From: Acidimicrobiia bacterium
Lineage (GTDB): Bacteria; Actinomycetota; Acidimicrobiia; Spongiisociales; UBA5794
Reading direction: 5' to 3'
DNA length: 64,000 nucleotides
Assembly: GCA_029939995.1 (NCBI GenBank)
Contig: JAOZRW010000002.1
Span: forward strand, 18,265 to 82,264
In this document: positions 20,126-29,519 of the stretch, one piece after another
How the letters are laid out: the number at the start of each line of letters is the position of its first letter
Position numbering within the stretch: the first letter of the stretch is position 1
The notes under the pieces: model-generated
Seen by the model: only the letters and a program-made list of their open reading frames with translations
Databases searched by the model: none
What the model was told of the DNA's origin: nothing
Program-made: the position numbers and the translations under genes

Positions 20126-21271
20126 ATGACCCGAGCCATCTTCGAACCCGATCACGACCTCTTCCGCGAGACCGTGGAGCGCTTCGTGGAGAAGGAGATA
20201 CGGCCCTTCCACGAAGCCTGGAGCGAGCGCGGGATCGTCGACAAGTCGATGTTCCGAGCCGCCGGAGCCCAGGGACTTCTCGGGATGGCGGTCCCGGAGC
20301 GCTACGGCGGCGGCGGAGTCTCCGACTTCCGCTACAACGTCGTCATCGACGAAGTCACAGCCGCTGCGGGGGTGAGCGCGTCGGCTCTCTGCATCACGCT
20401 CCACAACGACGTGTGCCTCCCCTACTTCCTCGCATACGCCGGCGAGCCGCAGCGGGAACGATGGTTCCCCGGCCTGGTGACCGGCGAGTTGATGACCGCG
20501 ATCGCGATGACCGAACCGGGGACCGGCTCGGATCTCGCGGCCATCACGACATCGGCGGTACGCGACGGCGACCGGTACGTCGTCAACGGTTCGAAGACGT
20601 TCATCACGAACGGGATCAACTCCGATCTGGTGATCGTCGTGGTCCGGACCGATCCCGATCCTCACAGCGGGCTCACGCTCCTCGTGGTCGAGGACGGCAT
20701 GGACGGATTCACTCGCGGGCGGAATCTGGCGAAGATGGGGATGCACGCCCAGGACACGGCGGAGATGTTCTTCACCGATGTGGCCGTCCCCGTCGCCAAT
20801 CGTCTGGGCGGCGAGGGGATGGGTTTCGCACAGCTCATCGGCAACCTCCCACAGGAGCGGCTGACCATCGCGGTCGGGGCCGTGGCGGCCGCCGAAGCGG
20901 CTCTGGACCTCACGATCGCATACGCCAGGGAGCGCACGGCTTTCGGCCGGCCGATCGGTCGGTTCCAGCACAACCGGTTCCTCCTCGCCGAGCTCAAGAC
21001 GGAGATCGACATCGGGCGGGTGTTCGTCGATCAGCTGATCTCGGAACACGTCGCGGGCCGTTTGACGATCGAGCGGGCCGCGGAAGCCAAGTGGTGGACG
21101 ACCGAGATGCTGCGGCGGGTCGTCGACGCGGGTGTTCAGATGCACGGCGGATACGGATACATGACCGAATATCCGATCGCTCAGGCGTTCCTGGACGCCC
21201 GGCTGCAAACGATCTACGGCGGCACGACGGAGATCATGAAGGAGATCGTCGGCAGAAGCCTGGGCCTTTGA
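20126..21271 (+). CDS. acyl-CoA dehydrogenase
   Basis: Start MTRAIFEPDHDLFRE, preceded by GGGAGGA. ACAD family motifs (MTEPGTGSDL, GGYGYMTEYP, IYGGTTEIM). Confidence 0.9.
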   Translation: MTRAIFEPDHDLFRETVERFVEKEIRPFHEAWSERGIVDKSMFRAAGAQGLLGMAVPERYGGGGVSDFRYNVVIDEVTAAAGVSASALCITLHNDVCLPYFLAYAGEPQRERWFPGLVTGELMTAIAMTEPGTGSDLAAITTSAVRDGDRYVVNGSKTFITNGINSDLVIVVVRTDPDPHSGLTLLVVEDGMDGFTRGRNLAKMGMHAQDTAEMFFTDVAVPVANRLGGEGMGFAQLIGNLPQERLTIAVGAVAAAEAALDLTIAYARERTAFGRPIGRFQHNRFLLAELKTEIDIGRVFVDQLISEHVAGRLTIERAAEAKWWTTEMLRRVVDAGVQMHGGYGYMTEYPIAQAFLDARLQTIYGGTTEIMKEIVGRSLGL

Positions 21272-21295
21272 TCGCTGTGGGCTCTCCCGTTCCGG

Positions 21296-22480
21296 TCAGT
21301 TGAACGCCGGGATCCCCGTGATCGCATGGCCGAGAACGAGCGTGTGGACTTCGTTCGTGCCTTCGTAGGTGATGACCGACTCGAGGTTGTTCATGTGCCG
21401 GATGACCGGATAGTCGAGCGTGATGCCGTTCGCCCCCAGGATGCTGCGTGCCTCCCGTGCGACTTCGAGCGCGTCGCGGACGTTCTCCATCTTCCCGAAG
21501 CTGATCTGCTCCGCCGTCAGGGTCCCGTCGTCATGCTTCCTGCCGAGATGCACGGACAGCAGCATCCCCTTGTTGACCTTGACCATCATCTCGACCAGCT
21601 TGCGCTGTGTGAGCTGATACGAAGCGATCGGATGTCCGAATTGCACCCGTTCCTTCGCGTAGGTGAGCGCTGCTTCGTAGCTGGCTCTGCCGGCTCCGAC
21701 TGCTCCGAACAGGATCCCGAACCGGGCCTCGTTGAGACAGGAGAGGGGACCTTTCAACCCGACGACACCGGGAAGAGCCGCGTCTGCGGGGAGTCGAACA
21801 CCGTCGAGCACGAGCTCCGACGTGATCGAGGCGCGGAGCGACAGCTTGTGGTGGATGTCGTTGGCGGTGAAGCCGGGGGTGTCGGTGGGCACGATGAAAC
21901 CGCGGATACCTTCGTCGGTCTGGGCCCAGACGACCGCGACGTCGGCGATCCCCCCGTTCGTGATCCACATCTTCGTCCCGTCGATCACCCAGTCGTCCCC
22001 GTCGCGTCGCGCTCTCGTGCGCATCGCTCCCGGGTCCGATCCCGCATCCGGTTCCGTAAGCCCGAAACAGCCGATGATCTCGCCGGATGCCATGCCGGGG
22101 AGCCACTGTTGCTTCTGCTCTTCGGATCCGAACGCCCAGATGGGGTACATGGCGAGCGATCCCTGGACCGACACGAAGCTGCGAACGCCGGAGTCCCCGG
22201 CTTCGAGCTCGGTGCAGGCGAGCCCGTAGCTCACGGCGTTCGTGCCCGCGCATCCGTATCCGTCCAGATGCATGCCGAGGAGACCGATGGCACCCATCTC
22301 GCGGGCCAGTTCCTTGGGGAGATACCCCGATTCGAACCATTCGGCGACGTTCGGGAGAACCCGATCGCCGACGAACTCGCGTACCGTGTCGCGGATGAGG
22401 CGCTCTTCGTCGTCGAGGAGCGAGTCGATCTGTAGGAAGTCGTTCGGGGTCTCGCCCCCGGGGCGGATGGTTGAGCTCAT
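21296..22480 (-). CDS. acyl-CoA dehydrogenase, glutaryl-CoA dehydrogenase-like
   Basis: 394 aa. LTEPDAGSDPGAM, KMWITNG and a YEGTNEVHTLVLG C-terminus typical of the GCDH subgroup. Confidence 0.88.
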   Translation of the reverse strand: MSSTIRPGGETPNDFLQIDSLLDDEERLIRDTVREFVGDRVLPNVAEWFESGYLPKELAREMGAIGLLGMHLDGYGCAGTNAVSYGLACTELEAGDSGVRSFVSVQGSLAMYPIWAFGSEEQKQQWLPGMASGEIIGCFGLTEPDAGSDPGAMRTRARRDGDDWVIDGTKMWITNGGIADVAVVWAQTDEGIRGFIVPTDTPGFTANDIHHKLSLRASITSELVLDGVRLPADAALPGVVGLKGPLSCLNEARFGILFGAVGAGRASYEAALTYAKERVQFGHPIASYQLTQRKLVEMMVKVNKGMLLSVHLGRKHDDGTLTAEQISFGKMENVRDALEVAREARSILGANGITLDYPVIRHMNNLESVITYEGTNEVHTLVLGHAITGIPAFN

Positions 22481-22489
22481 GGTGATAGC

Positions 22490-23356
22490 CTACCTGTCGG
22501 ACGGGTCCGACGGCCCATCTTCGCCCCCCCACCAGAGAGTGCGTTGGGGGAAAGCGAAGCGGATACCTTCTGCCGGCAGGGTCCGTCCAAGCGATCGGGA
22601 GACGGCGTCGACGGCCCTCACCGTCCCCATGATGGTGGGGTCGTGCCAGAACAGCAGGTTGAATTCGACCCCGTTGTCGGCGAACATCGAGACGAGCGCC
22701 TCGGGCGGCGGATCCGGGTGTGTCACCTCGCAGCCCCGGGCGGCACGCTCGATGACCTCCTTGGCGTGATCCAGGTCGGTTCCGTACGTGAGGAGGAGCT
22801 TGACCGTCGAGCGCCGTGAGCCGAGATCCGTAAGGTTCACGATCGGATCCCGGATGACCGCCTTGTTCGGCATGTGGATCTCCTCCCCCTCCGGGCTCCG
22901 AACCACGACGGTCCTCCCGGTGATCTCACGCACGGCACCGGTTCCCGACGTCGTCTCGATCTCATCTCCTACGGCGAACATGGGCGCCCCCTGGAGCACC
23001 AGTCCGGCTGCGAAGTTCTCGACGATGCCCCGTCCCGCGAAAAAGAGCACCACAGCGAGGATGATGATCACCATCAGAGCCGGCCCCATGTCGACCCCAA
23101 CGATCGCGAGGGCGTACACGATGCCGATGAGGATCAGGACCCAACCGGCCGCCCGGGAGATCAGGAGCACCGCTTCGTCGGACAACGCCGGGATCCGGCG
23201 CAGCATCGCTCTGAGAATCCTCCGCAGCAGACGGGCACCGAGGAACGAGAGCGTGACGATGGCTGCGGCCCACACGAAGTCCACGATCGTGACACTCTCG
23301 GCGTCGATGATCTGCTCGAGGTCATCCGCCGTCGGGATCTGGAACACGCCGATCAT
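22490..23356 (-). CDS. mechanosensitive ion channel (MscS family) protein
   Basis: Three N-terminal membrane spans followed by an MscS beta-domain pattern (FAVGDEIETTSGTGAVREITGRTVVVRSPEGEEIHMPN). ATG at 23356 overlaps the rnhB stop (ATGA). Confidence 0.8.
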   Translation of the reverse strand: MIGVFQIPTADDLEQIIDAESVTIVDFVWAAAIVTLSFLGARLLRRILRAMLRRIPALSDEAVLLISRAAGWVLILIGIVYALAIVGVDMGPALMVIIILAVVLFFAGRGIVENFAAGLVLQGAPMFAVGDEIETTSGTGAVREITGRTVVVRSPEGEEIHMPNKAVIRDPIVNLTDLGSRRSTVKLLLTYGTDLDHAKEVIERAARGCEVTHPDPPPEALVSMFADNGVEFNLLFWHDPTIMGTVRAVDAVSRSLGRTLPAEGIRFAFPQRTLWWGGEDGPSDPSDR

Positions 23357-24057
23357 GCCACCCCCCTTTCGAAGAGGTTTTGTTGCGGGCCGCCGTCGGT
23401 CCGTGGGATGCCGGACCACACCAGATCGTCCATGAACGCCCAGCTCGTTCGATGGATCGGCGTCGGGCCGAACGCTGCGAGCGCAGCCCGGTGGCGGGGG
23501 CCCGGGTATCCCTTGTCCCTGGCGAAGTCGAAGTGCGGGTAGTCGTCGGCTGCTGCTCGCATGATGCGATCCCGTGTCACCTTCGCGAGGATCGAGGCGG
23601 CTGCGATGGTGAGCGAAGACGCGTCACCTCCGACGATGGTTCGAACCTTCGGCGATCCGACGAAGTCCCACCGGCCGTCCACCAGGATGCCTCCCGGTTC
23701 CCGGCCGAGGTCCCGGAACGCCCGTGCCGCGGCGAGCCGCTGCGCGGCGGACATGCCGAGGTCGTCGCACTCCCGCGGTGACGCGTGGCCGACGCCCCAC
23801 GCCTCGCACCACGATGCAACACGGTCGAAGAGCCGCTCGCGTTCTCGCTCCGACAGCAGCTTCGAGTCACGAACCCCGTAGACCCGCCGATCCTTCGGAA
23901 GCACGGCGACGGCGACCGTGAGCGGACCCGCCCACGAGCCCTTGCCGACCTCGTCGACCCCTGCGACGACGTCGATACCGTCGTCCCAGAAGCTGCGTTC
24001 CTCGTCGAGCCGGGGTGGTCGGCTCCGGCTGCTCCACCGGCGGTGAGATCGAGTCAT
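23353..24057 (-). CDS. rnhB: ribonuclease HII
   Basis: GVDEVGKGSWAGPL and DSKLLS motifs. Start MTRSHRRW (24057) lies downstream of the preceding gene's stop (24093). Confidence 0.85.
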   Translation of the reverse strand: MTRSHRRWSSRSRPPRLDEERSFWDDGIDVVAGVDEVGKGSWAGPLTVAVAVLPKDRRVYGVRDSKLLSERERERLFDRVASWCEAWGVGHASPRECDDLGMSAAQRLAAARAFRDLGREPGGILVDGRWDFVGSPKVRTIVGGDASSLTIAAASILAKVTRDRIMRAAADDYPHFDFARDKGYPGPRHRAALAAFGPTPIHRTSWAFMDDLVWSGIPRTDGGPQQNLFERGVA

Positions 24058-24092
24058 GCGACGAGGATACCCTGCCCGCATCCCCGGACCGG

Positions 24093-24644
24093 TCAGTTGC
24101 GTCTCGGATCGATCGGGTAGTCCGCGTACCGTGCGATGTGCGGCTCCTGTCTCCGGAGAACCCGACGCCACAGGGTCTCCGGCACGGGATCGAACACATC
24201 GTCGGCGTCCCCTTCGACCACGAACCAGGACCCGACGCTCACTTCCATCTCGAGCTGACCGGCGCCCCACCCGGCGTACCCGGAGTAGATCCGTGCCTCC
24301 GAAAGGCCGGGGACGTCATCGGGGTGGAGGGCGACGTCGATGAATCCGATCCCGCCGGGCACGGGGCGCCAGCCCTCGTCCGGGGGCACTCCCGGTCGAA
24401 CTCCGACGCCGATGGCTGTTTCGGGCCGAACGGGGCCGCCGTCGAAGATCATCCGGGGCGGCGCGAGTAGGTCACGCCAATCCGGAAGGTACTCCCCGAC
24501 CGCGACGTCGGTGGCCCGGTTGATGATGACTCCGACCGCTCCGTCCTCTTCGGCGCTCATCAGGAGGACCACGCTTCTGAAGAAGTTCGGGTCCACGAGC
24601 ATCGGACCCGCGACCAACAGCGCGCCGGGTCGGAGATCGATCAT
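24093..24644 (-). CDS. YqgE/AlgH family protein (UPF0301)
   Basis: LLVAGPMLVDPNFFRSVVLLMSAEEDGAVGVIINR and YSGYAGWGAGQLE are family signatures. Confidence 0.85.
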   Translation of the reverse strand: MIDLRPGALLVAGPMLVDPNFFRSVVLLMSAEEDGAVGVIINRATDVAVGEYLPDWRDLLAPPRMIFDGGPVRPETAIGVGVRPGVPPDEGWRPVPGGIGFIDVALHPDDVPGLSEARIYSGYAGWGAGQLEMEVSVGSWFVVEGDADDVFDPVPETLWRRVLRRQEPHIARYADYPIDPRRN

Positions 24645-24686
24645 CTCCCTACCGGCGCGAACGCCGTCGTCCGGTGCGTCGAGTTC

Positions 24687-24866
24687 TCAGTTGTGCGCCG
24701 CCGCCCGCTCGGGGATGATGGCTCCACCGGAGAGGATCGAAACGTGCCCATCATCCCATTTGACCTCGACGGTGTCCCCCTCGACGCGCTGTACGACGCC
24801 TCTCCGGGGCTGCCTCCCGACGGTCTTCGTGAGAGTGCGTACTCGCTGGCCTTTGCGCAAGCTCAT
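24687..24866 (-). CDS. DUF1918 domain-containing small protein
   Basis: RRGVVQRVEGDTVEVKWDDGHVSIL resembles DUF1918. ATG at 24866 has GGAGG 9 nt upstream; the track start 24875 is a TTG abutting that SD. Confidence 0.6.
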   Translation of the reverse strand: MSLRKGQRVRTLTKTVGRQPRRGVVQRVEGDTVEVKWDDGHVSILSGGAIIPERAAAHN

Positions 24867-24998
24867 AGTCACCAACCTCCATGTCGTACTGGTTCGATAC
24901 TACGCGCGCCGGGAGGACTTCGGGAGGGACCTTCTCCCCTCCTCGCACGATTCCGGCTCCTCGACGCGAGCCGCTAGGGTCGGATCAAGGAGGTATCT

Positions 24999-25625
24999 AT
25001 GGAACTGTGGAGTAACGATCTCTCCGACGGTGGCCGGATGCCGGGAGAATTCGCCTTCTGCCTGCCCGACCCGGAGACGCATGCGACGTTCGGGCTCAAT
25101 CGGAATCCCCATCTCGCCTGGTCCGGGGCTCCCGAGGGCACGATGAGCTTCGCTCTCATCATGCATGATCCGGACGTGCCCACGAAGCCGGACGACGTGA
25201 ACCGGGAGGGCCGTGAAGTCCCCTCCGACCTTCCCCGAACCGATTTCTTCCACTGGCTCCTGATCGACGTCCCCGCGGCGACGACCGAGATCGGGGCCGG
25301 AGCGTTCGCGGACGGTGTCGTCCCTCACGGTCGGGACGCGGCGCGCGGCCCGGACGGCACCCGGCAGGGCGTCAACGATTACACCGGCTGGTTCGCCGGT
25401 GATGCCGACATGGCCGGCGACTACTACGGATACGACGGGCCGTGCCCGCCGTGGAACGACAGCCTCGTCCACCACTATGTGTTCACGCTGTTCGCCCTCG
25501 ATGTGGATCGGCTCGACGTGCCGGATCGATTCGACGGCGCGACAGCGAGGAACGCGATCGAGGGCCACGTCCTGGCGTCATCCCAGTTGACTGCCACCTA
25601 CGCGCTCAACCCGCGGCTGACCTGA
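24999..25625 (+). CDS. YbhB/YbcL family Raf-kinase-inhibitor-like (PEBP) protein
   Basis: NPHLAWSGAPEGT, DPDVP, FHWLLIDVP and YDGPCPP...HHYVFTLFALD motifs. AAGGAGG SD upstream. Confidence 0.85.
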   Translation: MELWSNDLSDGGRMPGEFAFCLPDPETHATFGLNRNPHLAWSGAPEGTMSFALIMHDPDVPTKPDDVNREGREVPSDLPRTDFFHWLLIDVPAATTEIGAGAFADGVVPHGRDAARGPDGTRQGVNDYTGWFAGDADMAGDYYGYDGPCPPWNDSLVHHYVFTLFALDVDRLDVPDRFDGATARNAIEGHVLASSQLTATYALNPRLT

Positions 25626-25673
25626 TCGGAACTCCACGCACGGCTCCGGATCCCGTGGTGTAAGTTCGAAGGT

Positions 25674-26165
25674 ATGGATGTGAGACCGGCGACGTACGAG
25701 GATCTGGCCGCAATCGAAGCCGTCGTTCGATGGTCGTGTTCGGAGGCGATCGGTGAGCTGGTCCCGGAATCTGCCGTCGAGGCCGAGATCTACGACCGGT
25801 TCGGTCGTCCGACGCTGGCCGAGCACATCTTGAGCAGGCGTCTGCTCGTCGGAGGGGAAACCGACCGGCTCGTCGAGGTCGTGGTGCTCGTCGATGAACA
25901 CCACGACTACACGGAACTGGCCGTGGTCGTCGTGCCGGCTCACCCTTCGCGAAGCCTCGACGGGATGTCCCTCGTCTCAACGCTGCGCGCGATGGGATGG
26001 GTCGGGCCGCTGGTGTGCAGCACGGCGCTGGGTCACACCGTGCTCGAGGAGTTCCTCGAAGGGGCCGGATTCGCTCCGGGGGAGGTCATCGCCGCCCGCC
26101 TCGGCGGCTACGACGTGTTCCGCCGTCGGTGGTGGCTTGGCCCCGCTCTGTCCGTTGCCGGGTAG
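25674..26165 (+). CDS. hypothetical protein, possibly GNAT-fold acetyltransferase
   Basis: 163-aa ORF with high GC3. The N-terminal RPATYEDLAAIEAV pattern is GNAT-like, but I cannot see a clean acetyl-CoA-binding motif. Confidence 0.5.
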   Translation: MDVRPATYEDLAAIEAVVRWSCSEAIGELVPESAVEAEIYDRFGRPTLAEHILSRRLLVGGETDRLVEVVVLVDEHHDYTELAVVVVPAHPSRSLDGMSLVSTLRAMGWVGPLVCSTALGHTVLEEFLEGAGFAPGEVIAARLGGYDVFRRRWWLGPALSVAG

Positions 26166-26174
26166 GGTTCCGTC

Positions 26175-27251
26175 ATGGACTATCGATCTCTCCCCAAGGC
26201 ACTCCTCCACGACCATCTCGACGGAGGCGTTCGCGTCGACACGATCCTCGAACTCGCAGACCGGTTCGGGTACACCGGTCTCCCCTCCGGCACGACCGAG
26301 GGGTTGACCGAATGGTTCGACCAGGGCCGATCGGGCTCGTTGGAACGCTACCTCGAGGCCTTCACGCACACGGTTGCGGTGATGCGCGATCAGGACAGCA
26401 TCCGGAGGATCGCCTATGAAGCGGGAATGGACCTCGCCGCCGACGGCGTCGTCTACGCCGAGATCCGTTTCGGCCCGAGCCTTCACATGATCCACGGCAT
26501 GACGAGGGAGGCCGCCATCGAAGCCGTCCTCGATGGCCTCTCAGCGGCCCATCGAGAGACCGGGATCGTCCTGTACGGCATCGTCTCGGCGTTGCGGCAC
26601 GAAACCGACTCCGTCGAAGTCGTCCGTGCTGCGATCCCGTATCTCGACCGGGGTCTCATCGCGTTCGACCTCGCCGGACCGGAGGCAGGGTTCCCCGCGG
26701 ATGATCACCTGCCCGCGTGCCGTCTGGCACGCGAAGCGGGGCTGGGTCTCACGATCCACGCCGGCGAGGCGGATTCCGCCGCGTCGATCTGGCGTGCCGT
26801 AGCCCGGTGTGGGGCGACGCGCGTCGGCCACGGCGTCCGCATCGCCGACGAGACCGATTTCGACGGGGAACGGATCACCACCCTCGAGTCCCTCGCCCGC
26901 CGGATCCGCGACCACCGCATCCCGCTCGAGGTCTCGATCACGTCGAATCTCGACACGTCCGCGTTCCCTTCGGTTCGGGAGCATCCGTTCGGTGCGCTGT
27001 ATCGGAGCGGCTTCAACGTCACGATCAACACCGACAACCGGTTGATGAGCAGGGTCGGTGTGAGCGACGAGTACAGGCTGGCGTCGGAGACCTTCGATCT
27101 CGGCCCTGCGGATCTCGCGGAGATCACGGTCAACGCCATCGAAGCCGGATTCGGCGACTGGCCGACCCGGCGAAGGATCATCGACGAGTTGGTCCGACCC
27201 GCCTACGCGAGCGTCGCGTCCAACCAGGAGGCGATCTCCGAGAGCACCTGA
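26175..27251 (+). CDS. add: adenosine deaminase
   Basis: LPKALLHDHLDGG, TIHAGEADSA and NTDNRLMS catalytic/zinc motifs. Confidence 0.92.
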   Translation: MDYRSLPKALLHDHLDGGVRVDTILELADRFGYTGLPSGTTEGLTEWFDQGRSGSLERYLEAFTHTVAVMRDQDSIRRIAYEAGMDLAADGVVYAEIRFGPSLHMIHGMTREAAIEAVLDGLSAAHRETGIVLYGIVSALRHETDSVEVVRAAIPYLDRGLIAFDLAGPEAGFPADDHLPACRLAREAGLGLTIHAGEADSAASIWRAVARCGATRVGHGVRIADETDFDGERITTLESLARRIRDHRIPLEVSITSNLDTSAFPSVREHPFGALYRSGFNVTINTDNRLMSRVGVSDEYRLASETFDLGPADLAEITVNAIEAGFGDWPTRRRIIDELVRPAYASVASNQEAISEST

Positions 27252-28021
27252 GCCTGTTCCGGCTCGTTGTGCATCTCGTGCCTGAGCCCCGGGTACACCT
27301 TGCGATCGACCGAGTCGAGGGCTGCGAGCGGGGCGGAGGCGGAAGGTGGAACGAGCGGATCGTCGCCACCGTGGATCACCAGCGTCGGCGTGTCGATCCG
27401 AGCGACGACTTCAGCGCTGCGAGCCTGTGCTGCGAACATCTCGAGCCCGAGGCGGGTCGTGACCTTCGTGTTGACCAACGGATCCGCGAAGTAGGCCTCG
27501 CCGACGGCCTCGTCGCGGGAGAGCTGCTCACCTTCGATCGAGTTCGCGAGGGCGAGCTTCGGGACGACCCTTCCGAGGACCTGCGCCGCTACTCGGAGCG
27601 CCCCGGGCACATCGGCGTCGAGGGCGGGGGCGGACAGCACCGCGGCGTCGGGGTGGGGCCGGTCCTCCCCCAGGTAGAGCGCGCAGATGAGGCCGCCGAG
27701 GGAGTGCCCGTACAGCACCCAGGGAAGATCGGTACGAACGAGCCCGGATCCGACGATGCCCTCGACGTCGTCGAGATAGTCGTCGATCGAGTCCACGTGG
27801 CCGCGGGTCCCCTCGGAGCGCCCGTGGCCTCTCAGATCGAACGCCGCGACGGCGTACCCGCGTTCCGCGAAGAACTGCGCGACGTGCTCCCACCGTCCGA
27901 CGTGCTCTCCGAGCCCATGGACGATCAGGAGCGCCCGCTCGGGGTCGCTCTCCGGCTCCCACGTTCTCGTGTACAGGGACAGGCCATCGCCCGTCGTGAA
28001 CGTACCGGTGCTGCTATCCAT
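27203..28021 (-). CDS. alpha/beta hydrolase (lysophospholipase / monoacylglycerol lipase-like)
   Basis: HGLGEH, nucleophile elbow GHSLGG and C-terminal HEMHNE motif. 8-nt overlap with ppgK. Confidence 0.85.
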   Translation of the reverse strand: MDSSTGTFTTGDGLSLYTRTWEPESDPERALLIVHGLGEHVGRWEHVAQFFAERGYAVAAFDLRGHGRSEGTRGHVDSIDDYLDDVEGIVGSGLVRTDLPWVLYGHSLGGLICALYLGEDRPHPDAAVLSAPALDADVPGALRVAAQVLGRVVPKLALANSIEGEQLSRDEAVGEAYFADPLVNTKVTTRLGLEMFAAQARSAEVVARIDTPTLVIHGGDDPLVPPSASAPLAALDSVDRKVYPGLRHEMHNEPEQAQVLSEIASWLDATLA

Positions 28022-28760
28022 GTTCTGCTCCTATCGATGCTGCGTAGGCGGCGCCCACGATGCCTGCCTTGTTCCTCAGAGCCGCGGGCACGATCCGCGC
28101 TCGCGTCGAGAAGTGGTGCGAGTAGGTCTCGAATCGTTTCGAGATGCCCCCGCCGAATACGAAGAGATCGGGCCAGAACAGCTCTTCGATGTAGACGAGC
28201 ACTTCGTCGACGCGCTCGGCCCACCAGTCGATCTCCATCTCATCGCGTTTCACGAGTCGACCGGCCGCGTACTGTTCCGCCTTCTGTCCCTTGAACCTGA
28301 GATGGCCGAGTTCCGTGTTGGGGATGAGCCGGCCCTCGTAGAGATAGGCGCTCCCGATCCCGGTGCCGAACGTGAGCAGGATCACCACACCCGACTCATC
28401 CCGGGCGGCTCCGAACCGTGCCTCGGCCAGACCTGCTGCGTCGGCGTCGTTGAGCACCGTCACGCGCATCTCGAGACGATCTGAGAGCGCGGCGGCTGCG
28501 TCGAGCCCCACCCAGCCGGCGTCGATGTTCGCTGCCGTCTCAACGATCCCGTTCTGGACGACTCCGGGAACGGTGACACCGATCGGTCCGTGCCAGCCGT
28601 GTCGGGCGACGATCTCGGCGATCGTTTCGGTGACCGCGGCGGGTGTCGACGGCTGGGGCGTCGGGATCCTCGTTCGCTTGCCGACGAGAGTGCCCGTTGT
28701 GAGATCGACCGGGGCGCCCTTGACGCCCGTGCCGCCGATATCGATCCCGAATACCTGCAC
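28014..28760 (-). CDS. ppgK: polyphosphate/ATP glucokinase (ROK family)
   Basis: GIDIGGTGVKGA, NDADAAG, GTGIGSA and ELGHL motifs. The size and pattern match actinobacterial PpgK. GTG start. Confidence 0.88.
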   Translation of the reverse strand: MQVFGIDIGGTGVKGAPVDLTTGTLVGKRTRIPTPQPSTPAAVTETIAEIVARHGWHGPIGVTVPGVVQNGIVETAANIDAGWVGLDAAAALSDRLEMRVTVLNDADAAGLAEARFGAARDESGVVILLTFGTGIGSAYLYEGRLIPNTELGHLRFKGQKAEQYAAGRLVKRDEMEIDWWAERVDEVLVYIEELFWPDLFVFGGGISKRFETYSHHFSTRARIVPAALRNKAGIVGAAYAASIGAEHG

Positions 28761-28762
28761 AC

Positions 28763-29335
28763 CTACGCCTTTCGCCTCAGGAGCTCTTCCAGGGCGCCAG
28801 CATATCGGACGCCGTCGAAGTCCCCGACGTCCCCGGGCAATTCGATCCGGACGCCGCCCGGGTACTCGGGGAAGTCCCGTCCCAGGACGGTGACGCCCGG
28901 CAGGGCGGTCTCGACGGCTTGATCCGTTCCGGGCGTCACGACGACGATGATCGGGCTCTGGATGCGCAGAGCAGTCTGCACGCCCGGCAGCTGGCCGAGT
29001 CTCCTGGCGACGAGGCGGGCGTCAGCGAGACGCCCCTCGGCGATCGTCGTGGGAAGCTGCTCCGCGGTGCGGATCGCAACCGATCCCCCGGGCATGCTTC
29101 GGAGCGCGGCCCACGCCCCGGTCAACCGGATCTCGTGATCGCAATCGCACACCGGCTCGAAGCGGCCGAAGTAGTTCGGATGCCCCACGACGACGGTACC
29201 GACCCAGTCATCCGGGACGATCGTGACGCCTCGCAGGACGGGGAGCTCCGTTGCTCCGCGGTTGGAGAGAAGCCGGTCCTTCAACGCGACCGGCAGCGCC
29301 CGCGAGACGCCGAACCGCCCCGTCACGCGGTCCAT
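28763..29335 (-). CDS. hypothetical protein (190 aa) co-oriented with ppgK
   Basis: Uniformly high GC3 from ATG 29335. No family recognised; contains a CDCDH motif. The upstream 82 codons of track ORF 28763..29581 cross the inverted-repeat element and are low-complexity, so they are excluded. Confidence 0.6.
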   Translation of the reverse strand: MDRVTGRFGVSRALPVALKDRLLSNRGATELPVLRGVTIVPDDWVGTVVVGHPNYFGRFEPVCDCDHEIRLTGAWAALRSMPGGSVAIRTAEQLPTTIAEGRLADARLVARRLGQLPGVQTALRIQSPIIVVVTPGTDQAVETALPGVTVLGRDFPEYPGGVRIELPGDVGDFDGVRYAGALEELLRRKA

Positions 29336-29399
29336 GACCTGTTCGACGACCGTGAGATCAGCGATAGCACCCTCGTTCCACCGACCCGCCCACCCTACC

Positions 29400-29519
29400 C
29401 GCCCCGAACCCAGGGTTCTCTGCGTTGTATATGCCGTCTCCGGCCCGCGGTTCGCAGGGCTTCTCATTCCGCGGGCCCGGGACGTCAAATAGGGCGCAGA
29501 GAACCCTGGGTTCGGGGCG
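29400..29519. repeat. extragenic element: perfect 25-bp inverted repeats (29400-29424 / 29495-29519) around a nested imperfect hairpin
   Basis: Read directly. cgccccgaacccagggttctctgcg is the exact reverse complement of cgcagagaaccctgggttcggggcg. The 70-nt spacer contains CCGGCCCGCGG / CCGCGGGCCCGG. The element begins 1 nt past the TAA of the 29520..29951 gene. Confidence 0.85.

Noticed and set aside
29406-29513. GAAC...GTTC cores of the inverted repeats as LexA/SOS (Cheo-type) boxes, given that recN is in the window.
   Set aside because: The actinobacterial/Gram-positive SOS box is GAAC-N4-GTTC, whereas these are GAAC-N5-GTTC. I also found no such box in the 78-bp region upstream of recN (57790-57867).
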